Of a DNA stretch of 64,000 nt, positions 11,039-23,123 are shown piece by piece. A program made the translations under genes and the position numbers. The stretch is from Cladosporium halotolerans (taxonomy: Eukaryota). The notes under the pieces are model-generated. The model searched no databases. It was not told where the DNA came from and saw only the letters and a list, made by a program, of their open reading frames with translations. The first letter of the stretch is position 1. Every line of letters starts with the position of its first letter. The stretch covers positions 558,001 to 622,000 of the forward strand of contig NW_027191459.1 of the NCBI RefSeq assembly GCF_011745625.1, written 5' to 3'.

Positions 11039-12622
11039 TCATCGCTCGCCATGCTCAGGACATCGCCTGATGACCCACTTCTCCCAAGCCTTGCGGTCCA
11101 AATGCGAAACAGACACTCCATTGTCCCCCAGAATCTCCGGTGAATCCGCCCAGCTGCGTGCATTGCAATTGCACCACGTCGCCGATGCCGGCGTGACGGG
11201 CGAATCGAGCGGCGGGAAATCCATACTATACGCGTCGCCACCGTGCTCGTCGTCCGAGTGCGACGCGCTGTCGAAGTCGCTGTCGCCCGCGCGCGAGCCT
11301 TCGTCATCGCTGAAATCCGTGTAGTGCTGCGAGTTGCTGGGGCCGACGAACGGGTCGTAGTCCTCCTCACTGCTCTCGCTCTCGCTCTCCAGGTCATCTG
11401 GCACTTCGGCGCCCGCGGCTTGCAGCCGGCTGTCGAAGTCCGCTTCGTACCCGATGCGCCGCAGGCTCACCCATTCCAGCCGGCACATGGAGTCACGCAG
11501 CCCGCCCAGCACGTCTTTCCACAGGCTGCCTTCGCGCAGGATGACGTCGCGCAGGCGCAGGCCTTTGAGGCGGTCGCGGTGGCGGAGCGCGAGGTTGAGG
11601 ATTTCGTCGGCATTCAGCTTCCAGCCTTGGATGCCAAAGGCGACCAGGCGCTCCCAAGTGACGTTGTGGAAGACTTCTTCGAGGGGTAGGTTCAGCGGTC
11701 GGTGGCCGGGGAAGCCGACATGGACGGCCTTCATGTTCTTCGCGACGGTGAAGATGTCTTTGAACAGGCCGGAGAGTTCTTTCATTTTGATGTCGAGGTC
11801 GTCGCCGTCGTCGAAGTGGAGGGTCAGGCAGGTCAGTCGCCCGGCTAGCATCGTCAGGGAATTGGGTGTGTGCTGCAACAGGAACGTAGCGCTCTGCGGG
11901 CTGAGCTGTGGCGATGAGAACCAAGAACAAGGCGCGTTCGATGCCAGTAGGGCTGATCCGATTGTTTTGGAGCCATGAATGCACGCTCTCGTCCATTCTA
12001 GACTGAGAACTGCAGCTGATTGAGCGGCGTCGTGCTGCCTGAGGTAAGCGAGCAAAGCATTGTCCTCATCGTCATGCACGCGTAAGAGCTGGATGTGCTG
12101 TAGATTGGTGAAGCTTGCGACTGCCTTCTTCAGCACTTTGGCGTCGTACTCGTCGCTGAGGATTTGCTGCTGCTCGCGGATCTTCCGGCGAAACCTGTCG
12201 AGGTTCAAATGACCGAAACGAGCCTCCAACTCCACTAGGAGTGATTGCATGCCTTGAGGATCATGCTCGCTGGTGCAGTAGAAGTAGGGTACCATGTAGC
12301 TGAACTTCTTGACATACTGAGCGAGGTGCTTCCATTTCGACAGGGTCTCCAGTCTTTCGAGGCCTTGCTTCGATAGACGTGCCTGGACTCTCGTGAACAG
12401 CAGCGGAGCTCCGATTTCCGAGAAACGTTTCGATGCGAGGCGGAAGTTGCCAATGTGTTCCACAGCACTTGGTTCGATATCCGGTGGAGGTCCAAAGCTT
12501 TCGACTGACAAGAAGCGGCGACAGTCTACGGGTACCGTCTTGTCCGGGTCTGGAGCAATGTAGTCGAGACTCATACGAAAGATCTCATTGGCAAGCCTGT
12601 GCTGCGGCGCGACCTCCTCCAT
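11039..12622 (-). CDS. Fungal protein with F-box-like segment, LRR/RNI-like repeats and acidic tail, 527 aa
   Basis: Long intronless ORF with coding codon bias; NFRLASKRFSEIGAPLLF resembles an F-box end; LKGLRLRDV and LEWVSLRRI are LRR-like. Confidence 0.75.
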   Translation of the reverse strand: MEEVAPQHRLANEIFRMSLDYIAPDPDKTVPVDCRRFLSVESFGPPPDIEPSAVEHIGNFRLASKRFSEIGAPLLFTRVQARLSKQGLERLETLSKWKHLAQYVKKFSYMVPYFYCTSEHDPQGMQSLLVELEARFGHLNLDRFRRKIREQQQILSDEYDAKVLKKAVASFTNLQHIQLLRVHDDEDNALLAYLRQHDAAQSAAVLSLEWTRACIHGSKTIGSALLASNAPCSWFSSPQLSPQSATFLLQHTPNSLTMLAGRLTCLTLHFDDGDDLDIKMKELSGLFKDIFTVAKNMKAVHVGFPGHRPLNLPLEEVFHNVTWERLVAFGIQGWKLNADEILNLALRHRDRLKGLRLRDVILREGSLWKDVLGGLRDSMCRLEWVSLRRIGYEADFDSRLQAAGAEVPDDLESESESSEEDYDPFVGPSNSQHYTDFSDDEGSRAGDSDFDSASHSDDEHGGDAYSMDFPPLDSPVTPASATWCNCNARSWADSPEILGDNGVSVSHLDRKAWEKWVIRRCPEHGER

Positions 12623-13612
12623 GGTGAAGATAGCCTGAGTGGGTCGACTGGCGATGGGTGGCCTGGGGCATCGGCCGTGGCTATTCTGCTGCCATCAGGG
12701 GAGTCAAAGATACAAGGTGGTCAGATGGCGCGAGTCGAGCGGGTGACCTGAAACCAGCGACGAGCCAAAGAGGGGCGCGCACATCAGGACCCGGGGCGAG
12801 GCGTGACACAAGCGACTACGAGAGATGAGAGGTGTGCATGCGGATGCGGATGGCCTTGGAGGGTCAGCTCCGCGGCGTCATGAGTTTCGCTTTTTGGACG
12901 ACGGCCATGCACCCACGCAGCCACCCAACTCGTCGCCGCCGCGCCAGCCAATCGCCGCCGCTCGCGACGGATCACATGACCGTCGTTTCCTGCACGGTGA
13001 CCGGTACGGGACGAGGGTGCGACAACTCCCGCACCGGCACGGCGGCGACGGCGAGCAGCGGCATCGCGGTCGAGCAGCTGCGCGTCGTCGGCGTGGGCCT
13101 GGGGAGTGCGGATGCGCTGGCGATGCAGGGTCGGCATGCAAGCTCAGAGCGGAGAGAGCCCAGGCGCGGTCTAGCGGTCATTTTGCATCGGCTTGCAGAC
13201 CGCACATGCACGCCTGGGAGCTCGGGGGAGAGCATGGCGTGCGTGGACGAGGGAAGGTATTCGGTAGCATGCTGTGCCCGCTCCCAGCAGGTGTGTGGCA
13301 TGGGGCGGGGACCAGCAATCAACGAATTGGTACGGTGCCATTTGCAGGACAATTTATTTCGCGGCGGAACAATTTCGAAAGTGTCCAGGGACGGATCGGA
13401 TCCCGGGAGATCGTCTATGGACTCCATGTACTGTAAGAGACGCTGCCACGACATGAAGTTCCTGGCACATCAGTCACCGAGCAGATACCGATACATTGAC
13501 AATCCCGGCGCTACGCCGCAGTCTACTACATGATAATCCCTCGCCCCCGGCCGTCAATCTTAGGGTATTATGGCAAGCATTGCAAGGCTATCGATCCTTT
13601 GTCATCTCAAGA

Positions 13613-14827
13613 TCATACCTTAGACTCCCTCTTCTTCTCGATCTTCGCCCTGATCGCCGTACTGCTTATTTTGCTCTCGAAGCCCTCACTTACCGCTCCG
13701 CCCTCTTCTGTCGCATCGAGCACATCCACCTCGAACACATCCAGCTCCTTCCATCCCTTCTCCTTCCTCTTGTCGTTCACAGCCTTGCCGCCAGAGCGTG
13801 TCTCAGCCGAGATGATGAGTGCTCCCAGATCTTCGTCAGTGATCGTAGGACCAAAGGGATCCTGGATCTCGGTGCACTTCAGTGTATAGCCTGACGGATA
13901 GTGAATATCGATCGACTTGCCGTTAGGCACAGGGTCGTTACGAGTCGTCACCTTCTTCTCAGACGAAGCTGAGAAGTCGATCAGGCTGTCGCAGAAGTCT
14001 GCCACGGCCTTTTGCCGGTCTGACCAGCTCTCGAGGACTGAGATGTGCTTTTTGTTCTTCAGCAGCTCGTCGCCCGTGATACCGATGATGGAGCTCCGTG
14101 ACTTGCCCTTCGGCGCCGTAGGCTCTGCCGCGAACAGCGTCATGGTCAGCAGGAGCTTGTGGCCGATGTGCAGGTGGTCGAAAGTCCCGCCCACGACGCT
14201 ATTGTAATGCCGCTGACCGGCTGCATGACTTGTGGCCGATCGTGATACTGAAGCCAAGGGGTCGTTTGGCGCCGTCAGGTCGTTCTGTACAGGCTTTCCT
14301 TGCACCCGATTAACAGTCCCACCTTTGCCCTTTGCCGTGACGAAGGCTCTGACCATCGCTTCGCCCTCCTCATTTTCCACACCAAAAGCATACTGCCACG
14401 CACGGGTTGCTTGTGCGAGTCCAGCAATGCTGAGGACGGGGCCTTCAAGATTGGCATCGTCCTCATACCAGTCCCGGCTTGGTGACCACGCCACAGGAAT
14501 CACCCGCACATCCACGCCATCCGAATCCTCAACGTTGATGTGCTCTGCCGCTGCGACCACGCAGACAAGCTTGTAGATAGCAGCCAGTGCGGACTGCGTC
14601 TCGTCATAGAGCTGTGATCGCGGGGCATCCTGCTTGCCGGCAAGATGCGGACATGCCAGGGCAATTTCCAGAATCGCAGCCTTTGAGTATTCGGTAGAAG
14701 CTGACGCGACTTCCCGCAAGACTTGCGTCAAGGTGTCTGCGAACGCAGCCTTCAGAGCTTGCAGTGTCGCAGGTGGAGGCACAGGAGGGACAAAGAGAAT
14801 GAACCGGGGTGCTTCTTCCTCTGTCAT
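13613..14827 (-). CDS. CAB4: Phosphopantetheine adenylyltransferase (Cab4-like, HIGH nucleotidyltransferase)
   Basis: VGGTFDHLHIGHKLLL, IGITGDELLKNK, DPFGPTITD, SAETRSGGKAVNDKR, KISSTAIR. Confidence 0.9.
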   Translation of the reverse strand: MTEEEAPRFILFVPPVPPPATLQALKAAFADTLTQVLREVASASTEYSKAAILEIALACPHLAGKQDAPRSQLYDETQSALAAIYKLVCVVAAAEHINVEDSDGVDVRVIPVAWSPSRDWYEDDANLEGPVLSIAGLAQATRAWQYAFGVENEEGEAMVRAFVTAKGKGGTVNRVQGKPVQNDLTAPNDPLASVSRSATSHAAGQRHYNSVVGGTFDHLHIGHKLLLTMTLFAAEPTAPKGKSRSSIIGITGDELLKNKKHISVLESWSDRQKAVADFCDSLIDFSASSEKKVTTRNDPVPNGKSIDIHYPSGYTLKCTEIQDPFGPTITDEDLGALIISAETRSGGKAVNDKRKEKGWKELDVFEVDVLDATEEGGAVSEGFESKISSTAIRAKIEKKRESKV

Positions 14828-15404
14828 GATGCTGGTGTAACGCCGCTTAGACTGTTCGTCTGAGATATAGAGGTGGCGTGCTTGGGTTTGACACGAAGAA
14901 GTTCAAGCTGCCTCGGTCTTGACCACTGTAACGACACTCGACTGTTCCACCGGGTAGGTAGATCTTCGTCTTTTAGTGGCGGATATGTTGTAGGTCGCAA
15001 AAAGCTATCTCTAACGTCTGTAAAGAGGAAATTGATTGGATGGAGTCTGACGGGCAGAGCTTCGCGAGTGACGTATGGGCCCTCGGAACGTGTGTTTAGC
15101 GATCAACAGAACACATTCACACCACGTCTCCGCAACCTACTCGGCCTCATTGCCTACAGATACCCGTCATTGCCTGCTATGCCACTGCGGAACGACTACA
15201 TACGAGGCTGCTGAAGACCAGCAGATTATGTCTCAGTGCTCAAGCACACCACCCGCATGACCGCAGCAGCGCGAAGCACCCAGCTCGCGTGATCAACAAC
15301 GCCTCAAAGGAAGCCTAATTCTACGCAATCCTTTGTACCAACTCCCCGACCACACCTAGAATGGACTCTAAGTACGACTGTCCACCTCCTCCCAATACTC
15401 CAAC

Positions 15405-16904
15405 ATGTCTGACCTCCTCCGCAGAGCATCCTGGCTCTCCTCCCGCGCCTCCTCCAGCCGCCGCGACCGCCTCTCCAACACCAGCCATGAGCTCCCACGC
15501 TGGCGCTCGCCCTCGCCCTTGGCCGCTTCCATGATCCCCCCGCCCATCTTCCAGAGCTCCTACGCCTCGCCGCCGCCGCCCTCGACGATCGCCAAGTCGA
15601 CGTTCTTTGAGCAGCCCAGCGTCTCGGACACGCGAGAGGAAGACATGCACGCCGACCTCCAGTACATCCTCGACGCGCAGGCCGAGGCTCTCGCGCGGGG
15701 ACTCAGCGCCGGCGCCGCCGAGGGCTCGACGGGCAGCACGACGCCCACGGCCGCCAGCGCTAGAAGCAGCGTCGCGAGAGCGGGCAGCAGGACGGCGCAG
15801 AAGAAGACGATGAGCCTGCGCAAAGCGCGCAAGGAGCTGTACAGCAAGATCATGGAATTCTCGCGCCTCAAAGACGAAGAATTGGAAGACCTCGACGCCG
15901 AGGCAGAGCAGGCGGCGCGCAAGCTGCGGCAGCTCGAGAGCTGGGGCGCGAAGCGCAAGGGGCTCGAAGAGGCGTCGTCGGCCGTGGACAAGAGCGAGGA
16001 TACGGTGCGGGTGCAGCGGCTGCGGAGGGAGGCAGACACGCTGCGCGATTCGATTTTCGAGGTCGAGGCGCAGCTGGCCGATATGAAGGGCAGGCACAGG
16101 AAGCTGGCGAGGCAGATTGCGGCCGCCGAGAACGAGACGCAGGCGAGGCTGGCGTCGTATACGCAGAGTATGAGTCTGTTGGAGGCGGAAGTGCAGAAGT
16201 TTCTGGCGATTGGGATGCCGTCGTCTGGTCCTTCGCCGGCGCAGGTTGAGGCGAGCAATGGGCATGTGTCGGTTTGGCAGCTGCCGCCGAAACGGAGGAC
16301 ACTGGAGATGGCGAAGGATTACTTTACGGAGGAGCGGGATGCTGTGCTTTCGCGGCGGCAGAGAACAGAGCAGGAGAAAGAGGCGCTTGTGCAAGGCGGA
16401 CTCATGTGGAAAGATGTGGCCGCGGCAGTGACGGAGTTTGAGAAGAGGGTGAGGGCAGAGATGCCTGGAGCTGAGATGGCTAACTCAGGCCAGGCTTGGG
16501 ACGACACGCCACAATCTTCACCTACAGATCGGCTAAAGGAGTTGTTGGTGCATATGGATGCGGTCATAGAGAACTTGCAGACCAAATACAACGAGGCAGA
16601 GGAGAAGCATTGGAAGCTGTTGGTAGCTGCTATCGGAGCAGAGTTGGAAGCGCTGAGGCAGGGCAAACAGATACTGCAAGGCGTGCTCGGGCAAGCAGAG
16701 CCAGAGCAAGTTTTGGTGGGCACAGAGGTCGAAGACAAAGAAGTACCGACGTATGGGCCAGATGGGCTAGACAGTGGTGATGAGATCAGAGGTTTGGACA
16801 AAAGCTTTGAGACGGCGAGGAGATCGAGGACGAGCAACGGCGACACGGACGATGAGCCGGATCCTGAGTTGCTGTTCTCAAGGAACGACACGGATACTGA
16901 ATAG
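15405..16904 (+). CDS. Coiled-coil protein, probable Atg28-like autophagy protein, 499 aa
   Basis: Long heptad-rich ORF; LQYILDAQAEAL, LPPKRRTLEMA and WKLLVAAIGAELEA recall filamentous-fungal Atg28-annotated proteins (from memory). Confidence 0.6.
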   Translation: MSDLLRRASWLSSRASSSRRDRLSNTSHELPRWRSPSPLAASMIPPPIFQSSYASPPPPSTIAKSTFFEQPSVSDTREEDMHADLQYILDAQAEALARGLSAGAAEGSTGSTTPTAASARSSVARAGSRTAQKKTMSLRKARKELYSKIMEFSRLKDEELEDLDAEAEQAARKLRQLESWGAKRKGLEEASSAVDKSEDTVRVQRLRREADTLRDSIFEVEAQLADMKGRHRKLARQIAAAENETQARLASYTQSMSLLEAEVQKFLAIGMPSSGPSPAQVEASNGHVSVWQLPPKRRTLEMAKDYFTEERDAVLSRRQRTEQEKEALVQGGLMWKDVAAAVTEFEKRVRAEMPGAEMANSGQAWDDTPQSSPTDRLKELLVHMDAVIENLQTKYNEAEEKHWKLLVAAIGAELEALRQGKQILQGVLGQAEPEQVLVGTEVEDKEVPTYGPDGLDSGDEIRGLDKSFETARRSRTSNGDTDDEPDPELLFSRNDTDTE

Positions 16905-17232
16905 ACCTATCATGATTAACTTATGAATTTGATAATGCATGTAACAAGAGACTCGAATCAGTCGATCATCCCCCAAGGTTCTGTGTTTGCTCGAGTCAAC
17001 TCGTGTTGTTTGTTCGCAAAACAAGGGTGAAGCCAATTCCTCTTGGAAGGTGCGCTTCGCTGGAATGCCGAGCAACCTCACCACAAGCGCTCACGCGTGC
17101 TCCTCTGTCCCACACACTACGGCGCCAAGTACCTCGAGCGAGAGTGGAGATGAAATGTCATACGCAACTGTTGTGATATGATATCAAATTGCAAGGGCTC
17201 AGATAGCCCGTAAAACTACTTAGCGAAGGGCC

Positions 17233-18580
17233 ATGGGTGAACCGGCATACTCTTTTCCCATACCCTCTCTTGCAGATGACACGCCACTGGACTGCCGGAT
17301 ATACCACCCGCCGCACTTCGAAGCCATTCTTGCGAATAATGGTGAAAACGGTCATGCTACCCGTGGTGCGATCGTCGCACACCCTTACGCTCCCTTGGGC
17401 GGGACTCACGATGACTCGGTTGTGCTAGCGGTGGTCAGATGCCTGCTAAAAGAGGGCTTTGTAGTGGGAACATTCAACTTTCGGTACATCGTATTGTTCA
17501 TTGTCATCAGCGATCGAAGAGTCACTAACAGATATCCCCAGAGGCGCCCCTGGCTCAAAAGGAAGCTCCAGCTGGACCGGCCGTCCGGAGCGCGAAGACT
17601 ACACCTCTTTCATCGGCTTCATGATTCACTACCTACAACAGCTGCAACCAACCAACAGCCTCAACAATCACCTCTCAACAATCCCCCCCGCCCGCACCCC
17701 GCAAACCGACCCTTTCTCCAGCGGCAAATCCACCCCTCCGCCACCAACATCTCCCTCTCACCAACCCTCCACCTTCCTCATCCTATCCGGCTACTCCTAC
17801 GGCTCCCTAATCCTCACCCGCCTCCCACCCCTGCCCGAAATCCAATCGCGCTTCGACACCGCCCCAGCAGGAACCTCAGCAGCCGAAATCATCTTACGCG
17901 CCCGCCGCCTCGCGCAAGAAACCCACCACACCCTGTCCCAAGCCACTCATTCCGAATTCCGCGGCCGCACCCTCACTTCCTCCTCCCCAAAACCGCGCTT
18001 ACACGCGACCTCCTCGCCAGTCGTCCTTGGCGGCGAAGAAACTGACCCTTCGCTGAGGCAAGGCCGGCGGAGCCGCGAGGGCAGTCGGGGAGCGGCGCTC
18101 GTGCGGAGGAGTGTTGAGGTGCCGCACCGCATCAAAGCGCACATCCATCGGCGGCGTGGCAGTGGCAGTGGTGGCGGCACACGGTCTGAAGACGATTACG
18201 GGGCGGCGGCGGGTGGCGCGGAGCCCGGCACGGGCGCGAGAGTCCGAGTCAGTTATCTGCTCATCTCACCTCTTCTCCCGCCGCTGGCGCACGCGCTCGT
18301 CCCGCCTGCGTCGGTCTCGGGGCTGAGAGGGGCGTTTGTTGATCGGGGGAGCGGGTTTGGGGCGCTGAGGGAGCGGACGCTGGTTGTTTGGGGGGAGGGG
18401 GATGGGTTTACGGCATGTAAGCGGTTGAAAGGGTGGGCGGAGAGAATGGTGGCGTTGGCTGAGGGGGAGGGAAAGTTCACGTGGGTGAGTGTTGAGGGGG
18501 CCGGGCATTTTTGGCGCGAGGAGGGGGCTATGAAGAGGTTGGCGAGGGAGGTAGGGAAGTGGGTGAGAGACGCCGTGTAG
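17233..18580 (+). CDS. Alpha/beta-fold hydrolase; intron 17484-17541
   Basis: HPYAPLGG, spliced FNFRGA, nucleophile elbow GYSYG, WGEGDGFT, GAGHFW. Confidence 0.9.
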
Positions 18581-18648
18581 TGCTTGGGGTGGTAGCGATT
18601 GTACAGGCTCTAGATATCTATATTACATTTTCCCCTCAGATATCAAAT

Positions 18649-20420
18649 TTACGCCTTGCAGAGACGGCCGTCGTCCTGAGGCTCCCAGTAGTCGGAGCCA
18701 ACAGCGGTGATGGCGTAGAAGAGGTGGTTGGGGTCGTACTTGTTCTTGATGGCCTCGAGCTTGGGGTAGTTGGCGCCGTAGAAGACGTCCTTCCAGTCGG
18801 GCTGCCTGAAGTCGGCCTCGTTGAGGTAAGCGGAGCCGTTAGGGGTGAGCTCGGCGAGCGTGGGCATGAAGACGTCGGTCATCTGCTCCTGGTTGGCGAT
18901 CATGTCTTCCCAGGGTGCGGTGAAGTTCCAGGGAGTGGTGATGACGGTGTCGATGAGGGTGTCGCGCCAGCCAGGGTTGACGGCGTTGTCGGGGTTGCCA
19001 GCGGTCGCGAGGGAAGCGTTGAGGGCGACGCCGATGAACTGGGCGCCCTGAGTAGTGATGGAGCGGTAGGCATCGGTCAGAGCAGTGTTGTTGTTCTCCA
19101 CGACTGAACGCGGGATGAGGCGGCCACCGTACTGGGCAATGCCAACCTGGATAGGAGCGAACATGTTGTTGAAGAACGAGAGGTAGGAGTCGAAGTCGCC
19201 AAAGAAGCTGGTGTACTTGATGTTCAGCTCGTCGAGCTTGTCAGTGAGAGGAGTAAGGAACTCCTTCAACTGTTCGGCGGTGACGTTGGGGCCAGTCAGG
19301 GGCGAGATGGCGAAAGTCTCGTTGGTGAAGTACCACACGGACATGACACCAGCATCAGCAGACTTGGGAAGAGAGGCGTGGAAAGTAGCAATGGCCTCGT
19401 AGTATGCATCCTGGGACACACCGGCGCTGGTGAAGGTGAGGTTGGCGCCAGCGGTGGGCACATCCTCGTGGGCCTTGGAAGTCAGAGACAGGACAACACT
19501 GTAGGTACCACCTCCGCCGCCAGAGAGAGCCCAGTAGAGGTCGGTGTTGTTCTCACGGTTGGCAATCAGGTGCTCACCAGTACCAGTGACGACCTCCCAC
19601 TCGAGAGTCTGGTCAGCAGCCATGCCGTGACGAGAGCTCAGCGCGGAGTGGCCACCACCCTGAGAGTAGCCACCGGCAATGCCGACGGTCGGGCACTCTC
19701 CGCCAACGACCTGCAGACCCTGAGCGTCGGCAGCCTTGTAGGCCTCACCACCAAGAACACCAGCACCCATCTTGATGGCCTTGCCACTGTAGTGCTCATC
19801 ATCCCAGTCCTTGAACTCGATGTCATTCAGGTGGTGCATCCAAAGGCCGAGGGCACCGGCACCAGTGCTCTTGCCGTTGTAGTCATGGCCAGTGTTGCGG
19901 ATGACAAGACGAATGTTGCGGTCGTTGGCAAACTTAATGCCAGCGGCGACGTCGGCGGCCTCAGAGACATTGACGGTGTATTGGACGTAGGTGCCAATCA
20001 CACATCCCGCGGACCTCTCAGTGAAGGGGTCGCAGCTGCGGTTGGCGAAGAACGGAGCCATGATGGAGGCGGAGTCCGGGTAGCTGGAGACATGAGCGAT
20101 TGTACTTCAAACGAGGAATATCAAGGGACCTCTTACTGAGTCTCCGGGTCCAACCAGCCGTTCTGCATCTTGGTGCAGGTGGCCTCGTCGTAGCTGGCCC
20201 ATTTGTCGTCATGGCAAGCCGCAGCAAGAGGAACGGTTGCAACCAGCTTGCCATTGATGGTGCTGTTGAACTCGCTCCATTCCGCGGCGGTCGGCCAGCA
20301 GTCGTCTCCAGGAAAGCACTTGCAGTCCTGCGCGGCGGTGGACTCCTCGTCACACTGGACGGCGGCCGCGGCCGCGAGGGCCACGACGGCGAGGCTGGTA
20401 GCGCTGCGGTACAGACCCAT
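18649..20420 (-). CDS. Secreted FAD-linked oxidase (berberine-bridge-enzyme / isoamyl alcohol oxidase-like); intron 20084-20136
   Basis: Signal peptide, CKCFPGDDCWP, RNTGHDYNGKSTG (covalent FAD His), GGGHS, LYWALSGGGGG, BBE motif AYLNEAD...KYDPNHLF. Confidence 0.95.
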
Positions 20421-21387
20421 TGTGACTGAAGGGGGAAAAGAGAGTTCGTGGCAGGGCGTGCAGCAACGTGGCAGAGGAAGCAGTGGCCACGCTGGGTTTA
20501 TATCCACGCTCGAGATCTTCTGTCTCGGACCACGGGTCCCTGACTTCTTCAGATGCAGCTAGGGGATTGAGGGAATGCAGGATCCACTGTCTGCAGCATC
20601 CCAACGCCACGCCGTCCTTCCATCTATTGAGAGTAGTGCTTTGCATGACTGGCTGCCGGGTCGCGGAACGCTGCATGGAAGCCGGGCCATGTGTCGAATG
20701 CAGGAAGATTGGTGGAGCCAGATGATCTGACAGGGCCGGGTTCCCGTCTCGACATGCCCATGGAACATTGCAGATGATTTGGCGCGCGGACGAGCCCTGC
20801 AGGCCTAGGAAGATCAGGGTTCAGGCCGGCCAGATGGTGTTGCACTGCCCAGGGCACAGTGGAGCCTGAGGGGCGCCCGGGAGGCGCCCGGGACGAAGCG
20901 GGACAGCCCGCGGAGGAAATGGGCGCAGCGCGGCCAATAGCCTTCCGCATCCTCGACCTCGCTTGATCTCGCTTGCGCGACGCCACGACGCCCACTTAGC
21001 CTTCGACACCCCACGCGGATATGTTGCCGAACAGAGGCCTCGGACGTCTGTTATGCTTCAGTCCGCCTGCTCGTGGCAGTCTGGCGTGCATCAAGCCCTA
21101 TGGCACCAGCAGCGAGGCCATCCAGCGCCGTGGGACGCACTGCGCTATGCGACTGGCTCATTTGCGAAGAGCCTGCTAGACACGAAAGCTTGCCGCGCTT
21201 TGGCAGGGCATGAATCGAAGAGGCAGGGCCTGAACTATGATCGATAGCACCAGGGAATCAGAGCCCGCCCCGTCCCTCAGGAGTCCGTCTGTTTATCCGG
21301 CTCATCGCTCGACGTTCTCATATATCGTCCCCAGCGTGACCATGTCTGACGATCCCCCGTCTTTCGGTCTCCTTCCTGGCCCTTGCG

Positions 21388-22839
21388 ATGTCTCCGCCGT
21401 TCACTTTGGGATGGGTGCACAATCTGGACGAAGCACCGCCCAAGTCTGATGCGAGCGGTGTGATCGCCTTGGCCATTTCTCTGTCCGTTATTGCCGTTTT
21501 GTGCACAACCTTCAGACTGATTGTGCGATGGAAAGCTGTTGGACGCCTTGGGCTGGATGACATTGCCATCACCGCGAGCGCTGTAGGTTCGATCTGCTAA
21601 CGGGAGAAGGATCCTCGTCCACCGTCAAATGCTGACTGTCTGTTCTAGCTGTTAGGCGTTGGGTATAGCGCAACTGCCATCTACCGTTCGTCTGTCACCA
21701 CCCTTGTCGCACGTCACTCCACTGACAACGTCGCAAAATAGAGACCAAATGGGGCCTGGGTCTCCATAGCGATACGTTCCCACTCGAGAATGCCGTTCCA
21801 TTTAGCAGGGTGAGTACCTCCTCAATCTCGACATAGATATCGTTTCTGACACGCTCACAGGTTCAATATGTCGGCGGTCCCCTGTACTGCCTGGCAGTAC
21901 TTGGGTTCAAGGTCTCCCTGATCGGAGGCTACCTCCGCGTGGCAGGTTTCAACCGGACATACGCCATCATTCTCTATGTCGCTCTGGGGCTTGTCACCAC
22001 AAGTCAGCTCATCTTCACTTTCCTACTCTCCTTCGCCTGTACTCCGATCGCAAAGCAATGGGATCCAAGTATACCCGGGAGTTGCATCAAGACCCTGCCG
22101 ACGTACTTCGCCCTGGGCGGAACGAGTCTGTTCTGGGACGTATGCCTCATCGTCTTGCCCTTCCCAATCTTGCGCAGGCTCCAACTCGGAAAGCGTAACA
22201 AGGTCAGCCCCAACCCCTCCCAACGCCCTCCAAACCCAAACACCGACACCCCACTCTCAGGCCGCGATAACAATCCTCTACGGCCTCGGCTTCTTCGTCA
22301 CCATCGTCCAGGCAATCCGCATGAAGACCGTCGCCGCCCTCGCAACCTACACGGAATCGAAACCCATCATCGAGTGGTCCATCGTTGAGATCAACATGGG
22401 CGTCATCGTTGCCTGCGTGCCCGCCTTCAGCCCCCTGCTCAAGAGCTTCAGCAAGAAAGTCTCCTACAACTCCCGCTCCCGCTCCAACACCTACGGGCCC
22501 AAAACCGGCGCCCAGAGCAAAGGCGCCCACACGGGCCAGCAGCGCTCTAGCGCCGCCATGGGCTCTCGCACGCCAGCCAGCAGGAGCCGGATTCTGGCCT
22601 CCTTCCGCGACGACGACGAGGTCGAGCTCTGCGAGACGAAGGGCGGCTGGGCTGCCGCGGGCTCGCATGGCTGGACAGCGGGCTCGCAGCCGACTGCTAC
22701 GAGGGTTTATACACATGGGGTGTCTGGCGATAGCGACTCGGGAGACCGGTCGCGGGCGAGCTCGCCGACGGATGGGGGACAGCAGATTACGGTTACGCAG
22801 GAGTATAGTGTGCAGCATGCCGATGTTGGGAAGATTTGA
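21388..22839 (+). CDS. PTH11-like (fungal rhodopsin domain / SAT4-like) 7-TM membrane protein without CFEM; introns 21583-21648, 21686-21741, 21810-21860, 22203-22260
   Basis: Spliced frame gives GLDD, QTKWGLG, KVSLIGGYLR, CTPIAKQWD, DVCLIVLPFP, WSIVEINMGVIVACVP; all introns GT-AG. Confidence 0.88.
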
Positions 22840-23123
22840 GGCTGGGGACAATGTGGGTTTGTAGGCGCAACAGAGACTGCATTTGTAATCAACAGGGTGG
22901 GGATCTTCGAGGGTAAGGTTAGCGATGGGCACAACACTTGGGGAGTTGGAGTTCGAGGGTTCAATGTCATGCATAGTTTCATTTCCAAAACATCGATGGG
23001 TGAATTGATCGTTTCGAGCCTCCAGATGTGGCCAATGCCACAGAATCGCAGTGAAGGATGGTCAAGCTGACGGGCATGGAGAATTCGGAAGTATCGTGTC
23101 CTGTCGAAGTTGGGTCCTCTGCG

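Noticed and set aside
12784..13533. Several overlapping 100-230 aa ORFs upstream of the F-box-like gene
   Set aside because: GC-rich promoter or 5'-UTR with low-information translations and no consistent coding frame
13613..13630. C-terminal SKV of PPAT (and AKA of the Rieske protein) as peroxisomal signals
   Set aside because: Non-canonical tripeptides, and no TGA-CTA readthrough context at the stops checked
18649..22839. Secondary-metabolite gene cluster
   Set aside because: No PKS, NRPS, terpene synthase or cluster transcription factor in the window
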